Assembly (NCBI GenBank): GCA_028826165.1
Contig: JAPDFW010000022.1
Location: 442,758-506,757, forward strand
DNA: 64,000 nucleotides
From: Anaeramoeba ignava BMAN
Lineage: Eukaryota; Protista; Anaeramoebae
Direction: 5' to 3'
Below the pieces are notes generated by a model, which made no database searches, had not been told where the DNA came from, and saw only the letters and a list, made by a program, of their open reading frames with translations. Position numbers and translations under genes: made by a program. Of this stretch, positions 12,001-20,800 are shown piece by piece; the stretch's first letter is position 1; each line of letters begins with the position of its first letter.

Positions 12001-13636
12001 TAAAAAACTCCCCTCAAATTTTTCATCTGGAAAAAAAGCAAGACAAATTATAGACTTGGAAATTAACACTTTATCTTTTGGATTTTGTTCTCAAAACCAA
12101 AAATTTGATTTTCATAAATTTGGAAAAATTGGAAATTCTTTGAATAATTTCAAATCAAAAATTTATAAAATTTATAAAATTTGGACAAACAAAGTATTTC
12201 AAATTACACTTGAAAATAACGCCAAAATACTCTGTTCAAAAAATCAACCATTAATTTGTAAATCCATTGATGGTTTCAAATGGGAAACTGTTGATAATAT
12301 TAAACAAGGAGATGAAATTTTGATTATAAACTCTTTTCCAAAATTTCAACCAAAAAAAATAAATTCTGAAAAAGTAGATTCATTTGGTTTTCCCTTTGTT
12401 TGTTTAGTTGGATGGTTTTTTTGTTGTGGAAAAATGAATTTGATTCAAAAAACAATTTCTTTAAGTTTTTCAGAAAATTGGGAATTAAAAGAATTGATTA
12501 AAATTATAAAAGAAAATAATATTGATAAAGAAAGGATGATAATAAGCAAAAGCTTTATTGAGTTTAGATCAGAAAAAATTGTGGAAAAAATTCTCAAAAT
12601 CTTTGGATTTACAAAAAGAAAAGATCAAAACCCAATTTTTATACCAAAAGAAACGCATATATCAAAATTTATTAATTTAAATTTGCTGAAGAATTTAGAT
12701 CAAGAGATGATCAAGATATTCATAAGAAGTTTTTTCAAAAATTTCTCGAACAACACAAAACAAACAATATTTTGGCAAACAAAAACAAGATTGCTTATGA
12801 TAAGCATGATATATCTTTTCCAGATTTCGCAAATTAGAATTTTAAGGATGGATTTTAATAAATTAGGAATTGAATTCCAAAATCCAAAATTTGGAGGTTG
12901 TGATGAAACAAAAGAAAAATTATATTTAAACGAACAATTAAGGACAATTGAAGTGATTGAAAAAAAGCAAATTCTCTCTCAATATCTTTATGATCTCGAA
13001 ACTGAAACAGGAGATTTTGTTGGAGGAGAAATAGGGATTCCATTGCACAACTCAAAATATGTAGGAGAGTCAGAAAAGGCGATCAAAAAAATATTTGACA
13101 AAGCAAGACAAGTTTCACCATCAATAATATTCTTTGATGAAATTGATTCTTTGGGAGCAAAACGAACAGGAGATGAAGGCGGATCTGGAGTAACAGACCG
13201 AGTTTTGAGTCAGTTACTCAATGAAATGGATGGAATCAATGATCTTCGAAATGTGACTGTTGTTGCAGCAACAAATAGACCTGATTTACTTGATCCAGCG
13301 CTTTTAAGACCAGGTCGTTTTGATAGGAAAATATACATTCCTCTTCCTGATTTTGATGCTCGTTGCAAGATTTTTGAAATCCAATTATCCAAAATTCCAC
13401 ATTCTTCTGATGTTGATGATCTTATTCCAAAATTTGCTCAAGATTCACAAAATTTTTCTGGTGCTGAAATTGTTTCTGTTTGTCGTGAAGCTTGTGTTTT
13501 TGCTATTGAGGAAAATCCTAATGCTTTGCAAGTTTTACCTTTTCATTTTACTAAAGCTTTGAAAATTTTTATTCCCAGAACTCCAAAAGAATTGATTGAT
13601 TATTATGAAAAATTTGAATCCAAAAGGGAGAAATGA
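9035..13636 (+). CDS. AFG2: AFG2/SPATA5 (Drg1)-like double AAA+ ATPase precursor containing a ~340-aa Q/N insert and an intein
   Basis: D1 [21 protein letters not shown]; linker IRPSAMRE; D2 GPPGCSKT (typical of AFG2/SPATA5), [14 protein letters not shown]. Confidence 0.85.
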   Translation: MSSQKSKSNKKKRNKKLKKENQTNLISVPSIEESQKEWKIKLITFLKQKNNQKINLNLEEARKFHYVYINPKDMISHSVTTNTPLVLMNTENNRMVVMNSKPNVSISSGNIFIANEDDLLNLGISRQKSQTTGVESHAVILEHLSSKHQVVQASKITLIPESISAKILFSGKDSNPETIKLSNTYISQTLRDRFVMSGSRLSIFLFGSNRIFLMGSTKPKSHTIYEITNKTKIVVKIDSYKFLKNQKWNTKYYQVKSDELEGFGGLEAVGGLESQTKTIKEIIEYPVKFPEIFSMFKIRPVVGILLFGPPGTGKTLLAKAIAKDSKRNVFVINAPEIAGQYYGESEQILRDVFSSARSKSPSLILVDEMDTIFPKREAAMNEAEKRIVSEFLIQMDQLSSNYDHHQFDPKIHNSENFHLQNVIVIGTTNRIEAIDPAFRRPGRFDREIELGVPSEKEREKILTILLKSIPNNLSEKDIKYFAGLSHGFVGADLNFLIQEGCLNYMKRIKRKKEENKNQKEIKIENQNQNQNQIQNQNQKEIKIENQNQNQNQNQNQNQIQNQNQNQNQNQNQNQIQNQIQNQNQIQIQNQNQNQNQNQNQNQIQNQNQNQNQIQNQNQKEIKIENQNQNQNQNQNQIQNQNQIQIQIQKEIKIENQIQIQKEMKIENQIQNQNQNQIKNQKEIKIENQNQNQNQNQIQNQNQNQIKNQKEIKIENQIQIQNQNQIQNQIQNQNQNQNQIQIQKEIKIENQNQNQNQNQNQIQYQNQNQNQNQIKNQKEIKIENQIQIQNQNQIQNQIQNQIQNQNQNQNQIKNQKEIKIENQIQIQNQNQIQNQNQNQNQIQKEIKIENQIQKEMKIALESKDLKKAIQKIRPSAMREILIQVPHVNWKDIGGLEDVKQKLKESIEWPIIHPQAFERLGIRAPKGVLLYGPPGCSKTMMAKALATEAGLNFLAVKGPEIFCLSSQTKILTDHFGLINIQDLYQKIKPFSKKLPSNFSSGKKARQIIDLEINTLSFGFCSQNQKFDFHKFGKIGNSLNNFKSKIYKIYKIWTNKVFQITLENNAKILCSKNQPLICKSIDGFKWETVDNIKQGDEILIINSFPKFQPKKINSEKVDSFGFPFVCLVGWFFCCGKMNLIQKTISLSFSENWELKELIKIIKENNIDKERMIISKSFIEFRSEKIVEKILKIFGFTKRKDQNPIFIPKETHISKFINLNLLKNLDQEMIKIFIRSFFKNFSNNTKQTIFWQTKTRLLMISMIYLFQISQIRILRMDFNKLGIEFQNPKFGGCDETKEKLYLNEQLRTIEVIEKKQILSQYLYDLETETGDFVGGEIGIPLHNSKYVGESEKAIKKIFDKARQVSPSIIFFDEIDSLGAKRTGDEGGSGVTDRVLSQLLNEMDGINDLRNVTVVAATNRPDLLDPALLRPGRFDRKIYIPLPDFDARCKIFEIQLSKIPHSSDVDDLIPKFAQDSQNFSGAEIVSVCREACVFAIEENPNALQVLPFHFTKALKIFIPRTPKELIDYYEKFESKREK
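10580..11600 (+). repeat. In-frame coding repeat of (CAAAAT)n punctuated by QKEIKIEN units
   Basis: About 1 kb with no stop codon or frameshift. Confidence 0.95.
11915..13051 (+). mobile_element. Intein (379 aa, Cys961-Asn1339 of the precursor, Ser at +1) with degenerate LAGLIDADG homing endonuclease
   Basis: Interrupts the conserved KGPEIF|SKYVGESE. Starts [10 protein letters not shown], ends [24 protein letters not shown]. Central LVGWFFCCG and FIRSFFKNF are remnants of blocks C and E. Confidence 0.95.
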
Positions 13637-13883
13637 AAATTTGATTTAAAATATAAATTAAATAAATTCGATCAATAGAAATTTTTTTGAATATTGATAT
13701 TAATATTAATTTTAATTTTAATTTTAATTTTAATTTTAATATTAATTTTAATATTAATTTTAATATTAAATTTAATTTTAATTTTAATTTTAATTTTAAA
13801 ATTAATTTTAATTTTAATTTTCATTTTTTCATTTTTCATTTTTTCATTTTTCATTTTTCATTTTTCATTTTTTCATTTTAAAA

Positions 13884-14678
13884 ATGAGTACATCTTCAAA
13901 ACCAACATGGAAATCTGCAAGAGGTGGATTGAATCAAGGAGGAACACTAACATTTGTTGCAACACAAATACAATCAGCAAGAGACTTACCATCACACAGA
14001 AAACTTAAAACAAGAAAACCAGGTCAAGGAAATGAAAATGATATTAAAAAAAGAGATTTAAAACAAGAATTAATTCAAAAGGAAAAAAATGCAAATAAAA
14101 ACGCACTTGGTTTAATAAAAGACCAAAAACAAAAAGAACCAGAAAAACAATCCCAAAAAGAAACACAAACTCAAGATACTCAAAATATATTAAAAAAATT
14201 CGAGGAAATTGATTCAGATGAACATATTTCAGATTCTGAAAGTGAAAGTGATCAAGAAAAAAAAAGTTCTGAAAACAAACAAAATAATCAATCTGCGGAA
14301 AATGAAAACGTAGATGATTCAAGTGATTCAGATTTTAGTTCAGATGATTCGGATGATTCAGAATCTTCTGATGAAACAGAATTTTTACTTCAAGAAATTC
14401 AGAAAATAAAAGAAGAAAGAGCTGAAAAAGTCAAAGAAGAAGAAGAGAAAAAACGAATCCAAGAAGAGAAAACTCAAGAGAAGAATATTCTAACTTCAAA
14501 TCCTTTACTTTCTTTTGATGATGATAATGACGAAAATCCTTTTTCAATTAAAAGAAGATGGAATGATGATGTTGTTTTTAAAAATCAAGCAAAAGAACCT
14601 GAAAAAAGAAAGCGTTTTATTAATGATACAATTAGGAATGATTTTCATATTCAATTCTTGAGAAGATTTATCAAATAA
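13884..14678 (+). CDS. CWC15: Pre-mRNA splicing factor Cwf15/CWC15
   Basis: MST..KPTW, SARDLPSHRKLKTR, KRRWNDDVVFKNQ, FINDTIRNDFHIQFLRRFIK. Confidence 0.95.
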   Translation: MSTSSKPTWKSARGGLNQGGTLTFVATQIQSARDLPSHRKLKTRKPGQGNENDIKKRDLKQELIQKEKNANKNALGLIKDQKQKEPEKQSQKETQTQDTQNILKKFEEIDSDEHISDSESESDQEKKSSENKQNNQSAENENVDDSSDSDFSSDDSDDSESSDETEFLLQEIQKIKEERAEKVKEEEEKKRIQEEKTQEKNILTSNPLLSFDDDNDENPFSIKRRWNDDVVFKNQAKEPEKRKRFINDTIRNDFHIQFLRRFIK

Positions 14679-14782
14679 TTATTTAGAAGAAATTTGAAAA
14701 AATCAATTAAAAATCAAAAAATAAAAAAATTAAATAAATTAAAAAAATTTGGAATGAAAAGTTTATTTTGATTAAATTTAAA

Positions 14783-17703
14783 TTATTTTGGGATTTCTTT
14801 CCACACTTTTTTTTCAATAAAAGATCCAATAAAAACAATTAGAATTATTGTTAAAAGAAAAGAAATAATTTTTTGATTTTCCAAATTTTCTTGATTTTGT
14901 TTTTGAATTGAAATTGTTTCTTTTTCTTCTTCAAATAAAATGATTTTGTCTTCTTTTTTTTCTTTTAGAATATTTTCTAAAATAGGTTTGAATTCAAAAT
15001 GAGGTTTAGGATATAAAACTGATCGAGAAGATGAACCAAAAAAATCTGTAATTAGAACATTATTTAAATCTCTTTGAAATTGAAATGCTTCCCAATAAGG
15101 ATTTGAATTAATTGGAGCATGTTTATAACTTTGAAACTATTTAAATTAATATTTAAATTTATATTTAAAATAATATTTAAATTAATATTTAAATTAATAT
15201 TTATATTAATATTTAAATTTAAATTAATATTTAAAATAATATTTAAATTAATATTTAAATTAATATTTAAATTAATATTTAAATTAATATTTAAATTAAT
15301 ATTTAAATTAATATTTAAATTAATATTTAAATTAAATATTTAAATTAATATTTAAATTAATATTTAAATTAATATTTAAATTAATATTTAAATCAATATT
15401 TAAATTAATATTTAAAATGGATATTTAAAATAATATTTAAATTAATATTGAAATTAATATTTAAATTAATATTTAAATCAATATTTTTCTAAATCAATTT
15501 TAAATCAATATTTAAAATCAATATTTAAATTAATATTTAAATTAAATATTTAAAAATTAATATTTAAATCAATATTTAAATCCCCTCCAATATTTAAATT
15601 AATATTTAAATCAATATTTAAATTAATATTTAAATTAATATTTAAATTAATATTTAAATTAATATTTAAATTAATATTTAAATTAATATTTAAAATAATA
15701 TTTAAATCAATATTGAAATTAATATTTAAATTAATATTTAAATTAATATTTAAATTAATATTTAAATTAAATATTTAAATCAATATTTAAATCAATATTT
15801 ATATTAATATTTATATTAAATAATCTACAAGAGAAATAAGCTTTTCATTGCTTCCAGGAGTTATTTTATCCAAGAAATTAAGGGAAGCAAGAGTGAATTG
15901 ATCAACTTCAGAAATACCAATATCAGAATCAGAATTTGAAGAATAACTATTTTCATGATAACGACTACTTCCAACAACAATAACATTTGGTGAATAAATT
16001 CTTTGAAAAAGTGTTGCAGCTTGACAAGTATCAACCATTACAAAAATCTCATTATATCTTTTATTTTGATGCATTTCCTCAATTGCATTTGCTAATTCAT
16101 AACTTGTTATTTCTTCTGTATCTTGAAATTTTAAAAATTCATCTCCTCCATGTCCAGTCATATAAATTAATATGTTTGATCCTGAATCAGTAAATAATCT
16201 TTTGTTTCGTGGTTCTTCTTCTTTATGTCTTCCAGTTAAAACTCTCATGAAGTTTTCAACAGAAACATCAAGGCCTTTAAAATAAATATTTAAAATAATA
16301 TTTAAAATAATATTTAAATTAATATTTAAATTAATATTTAAATTAATATTTAAATTAATATTTAAATTAATATTTAAAATAATATTTAAATTAATATTTA
16401 AATTAATATTTAAATTAATATTGAAATTAATATTTAAATTAATATTTAAAATAATATTTAAATAAATACCAATTGGAAATAATATTTAAATTTTAAATTA
16501 ATATTTAAATCAATATTTAAATTAATATTTAAATCAATATTTTTAAATTAAATATTTAAATCAATATTTAAATCAATATTTAAAATTAATATTTAAATTA
16601 ATATTTAAAATTAATATTTAAAATTAATATTTAAATTAATATTTAAATTAAATATTGAAATTAATATTTAAAAATTGGAAATATTTAAATTAAATATTTA
16701 AATTAATATTTAAATTTAAAATATTTAAATCAATATTTAAATTAATATTTAAAATAATATTTAAAATTCTTAATATTTAAATTAATATTTAAATAAATAT
16801 TGAAAATAATATTTAAAATTAAATATTTAAAAATATTTAAAATTAATATTTAAATTAATATTTAAATTAATATTTAAATTAATATTTAAATTAATATTTA
16901 AATTAATATTTAAATTAATATTTAAAATTAATATTTAAATTAATATTTAAATTAATATTTAAATTAATATTGAAATTAATATTTAAATTAATATTTAAAT
17001 TAATATTTAAATTAATATTTAAATTAATATTTAAATTAATATTTAATTAATATTTAAAATAATATTTAAAATTAAAATATTTTAAATTAATATTGAAATT
17101 AATATTTAAAATAATATTTAAATTAATATTTAAATTAATATTTAAATTAATATTTAAATTAATATTTAAATTAATATTTAAATTAATATTTAAATTAATA
17201 TTTAAATTAATATTTAAAATAATATTTAAATTAATATTTAAATTAATATTTAAATTAATATTTAAATTAAATTAAATTTATTTAATTAATATTTAAATTA
17301 ATATTTAAATTAATATTTAAATTAATATTGAAATTAATATTTAAATAAATTTACCTCTATAATCAACCTCTATATTTTCGCCATAAAGATTTATTTTGTG
17401 ATCTAAATTATTAAAAATTGTTCCAGGATATTTATTTCTTGGATTACATGCGTAGTCATCTGCAAGCATTAAAATGATTTGAGAATCTGGAATCCCCAAA
17501 TTTTTTACAAGATAATATATTGAAAGTGCATTTGCTGTATGTCTATAATTGAACCAAAATCGAGATGTAGATACAATAACTGCCCAATTACTTGTTATTT
17601 TTGATTCTGTGTTTGTAATTTCTTTAGCTTTTAAAGTGTGAGAATTTAACAAAAATAAAATTAAAATTGAAATCAAGGAAATTTTAATTGATGAAGAAAT
17701 CAT
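14783..17703 (-). CDS. GPI8: GPI transamidase catalytic subunit (peptidase C13); exons 17703-17355, 16274-15829, 15136-14783
   Basis: [43 protein letters not shown], signal peptide and C-terminal TM. Confidence 0.95.
15140..15820. repeat. 12-bp (TAATATTTAAAT)n array in GPI8 intron 2
   Basis: Tandem array visible directly. Confidence 0.95.
16280..17345. repeat. 12-bp (TAATATTTAAAT)n array in GPI8 intron 1
   Basis: Same unit as intron 2. Confidence 0.95.
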
Positions 17704-17851
17704 AATTTTGAAAAGAAAAAAAATGAAATTAAAAAAATTTGGATTTTAATTTTTGAAAAAGAAAAAGAAAAAGAAAAAATTTTGGAAATTTGAATTGTTT
17801 TTGTTTGAATTCTTTCTGTTTTTAGAAAAATTAATTATTATTATTGTTGTT

Positions 17852-20800
17852 TTAATTATTTTCTTTTTTGTTTTTCTTAGATTTCCTAATCAAAATAATT
17901 AAAACAACAATAAGTGCAATCACAACAACTGGAACAACAACAGAAAGTGAAATAACTTTATCTTTTGAAGAATCACTGGCTGTTTCAACAGGTGCTGGTA
18001 AAGTTGTAACTGATGTATATATTGGTAATCCTGATAAATTAGATTCTTCACATCTCCAATCAGCTGATGCAAATATTGAAATTTGATAATATGTATCTCC
18101 AAGTAAATTAAAAACTGAATAACTTGTCATTGCTGCTGATAAACAAACATTTATTGAATTATAACTTAATGAATATCCTTTTAATCCTGTTGATAATTCT
18201 AATGCTTCCCAATTACATTCAAATCCACAAATTGTTGAATTGCAATTAATTGAACTCATGTTTCCTAATTTAGGTGTTATTGAAATTGGTGAACTGGCTA
18301 ATCCTAATGATTGTGTTTCACAACTTGAATCAGTACATCCTCGAATTGAAACAAGATATTCAACATTTCCTGCTATTGGTTTTATTGTTCCAATCATTTC
18401 ATTTCCATTTGATTGAATTGTTGTGAAATTTTGCCAATTAATTCTGTTATTAATTGAAACTAAATAAGTTTTTGCTTGTGTTAATTTTGTAAATATTATC
18501 TCAATTTCTTCAATTTTGGAAATTGATTGATTAATTGTTGGTGCTGATAATGGTAAAGTTGTAAGTGATAATGTTGAATTTAATCCTGAATATTCATTGT
18601 AATTGCAATTTGAATCAGCTGATGCAAATATTGAAATTTCATAATTTGCTTTTCCAATTAAACTATCAAATGGATAATTTGTTGTTGATGGTGATAAACA
18701 AATTGGTGTTGAATTGAAACTTAATGAATATCCTTTTAATCCTGTTGATAATTCTAATGATTCCCAATTACATTCAAATCCACAAGATATTGGATTGCAA
18801 TTAAATGAACTTATATTTCCTAATTTAGGTGTTATTGAAATTGGTGAACTGGCTAATCCTAAATATCCACTTTCACAATTTTTATCAGTACATCCTAGAA
18901 TTGAAACAAGATATTCAACATTTCCTGCTAATGGTTTTATTGTTCCAATCATTTCATTTCCATTTGATTGAATTGTTGTGAATTTTTGCCAATCAATTCC
19001 ATTATTAATTGAAACTAAATAAGTTTTAGCTAATGTTAATTTTGTAAATATTATCTCGATTTCTTCAATTTTAGAAATTGATTGATTAATTGTTGGTGGT
19101 GATAATGGTAAAGTTGTAAGTGATAATGTTGAAGTTAATCCTGAATATTCATTGTAATTACAATTTAAATCAGCTGATGCAAATATTGAAATTTCATAAT
19201 TAGCTCCTCCAAATAATTCAGTTTTTGAATAACTTGTTGTTGATGGTGATAAACAAATTGATGTTGAATTGAAACTTAATGAATATCCTTTTAATCCTGT
19301 TGATAATTCTAATGATTCCCAATTACATTCAAATCCACAAATTGTTGAATTACAATTAAATGAACTTATATTTCCTAGTTTAGGTGTTATTGAAATTGGT
19401 GAACTGGCTAATCCTAAATATTCACTTTCACAATTTGGATCAGTACATGTTTTAATTGAAACAATATATTCAACATTTCCTGCTATTGGTTTTATTGTTC
19501 CAATCATTTCATTTCCATTTGATTGAATTGTTGTGAATTTTTGCCAATCAATTTCATTATTAATTGAAACTAAATAATCTTTAATTTTTTCTTGATATTG
19601 TGGTGTAAATATTATCTCAATTTCTTCAATTTTAGAAATTGATTGATTAATTAAAGGTGGTGGAAGTCGAGAAGTTGTAATAGATAATGTTGTATTATTT
19701 CCTGAATATTCATTATAACTACAATTTGAATCAGCTGATGCAAATATTGAAATTTCGTAATTAGCTCCTCCAAATAATTCAGTTTTTGAATAACTTGTTT
19801 CAAAAATTGATAAGCATTTTGATGTTGAATTGAAACTTAATGAATATCCTCTTAATCCTATTGATAAGTCTAATGGTTCCCAATCACAATAAAATCCATA
19901 AAGCAATGGAACACAAGTAATCATAACATTTCCTAATTTAGGTGATATTGAAATAGGTGAAGTAGGTAATCCTAAATAATCAATTCCACAACTTGAATCA
20001 GTACATCCTCGAATTGAAATAAGATATTCATAATTTCCTGATAATGGACTTAATGTTCCAATCATATCTGTTTCATTTGAATAAAGTGTTGTGAAATTTT
20101 GCCAATTTGTTCCATTATTACTTGAAATTAAATAACCTCTTCCTTGTGTTAATTCTGTGAAAATTAATTTAATTTCTTCAATTTGAGAAATTGATTGTTT
20201 AATTATAGGTGGTTGTAATCTTTCAGTTGTAACATTAACAGTAGAAATTAATCCACAAAAATCATTTGAATTACAACCTGAAACATTGATTTTATATTCT
20301 TCAACTTGGAAATTTGCTCTAAAACTTTGATTTGTTGAATTTGGATAATAAGTATCTGAATCTTCTTTTGTTGTTGCTACATAAGTGAAAGTATAATAAG
20401 AAGGTGTTCCAGAAGTTGAAGGTTTTAACCAAGAACAATCAATAACTAATACATCTGAAACAACACAATCAAAAGAATTAACATTTGGAAATCCTGTTGA
20501 AATTGATGATGAAACAACTTCTCCTTTTTCTTCATCTTCACATTCTTCTGTTGAACAAGCCCACATTGAAACATAATAAGTATATCCAAACTCTAATTCA
20601 TCTACTTTAATATAAGTTGCTGATGAATCATTTATTGAAAAATTTGAAGGTAAATCTGTTTCTTTTTGAATAGAAACTTCATAATGATCAAGATTTGGAA
20701 TTCCTTCAATAATTTCCACATCTGGATAATCCCAAAAAATATCAATATAATCATAATATCCATCTAAATCATAATTTTTTACAGAATCAATTCTTGTTAT

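Noticed and set aside
11915-13051. Hedgehog/Hint auto-processing domain or self-splicing intron instead of an intein
   Set aside because: Has both Cys1 and His-Asn/Ser ends, interrupts a conserved motif in frame and carries LAGLIDADG remnants
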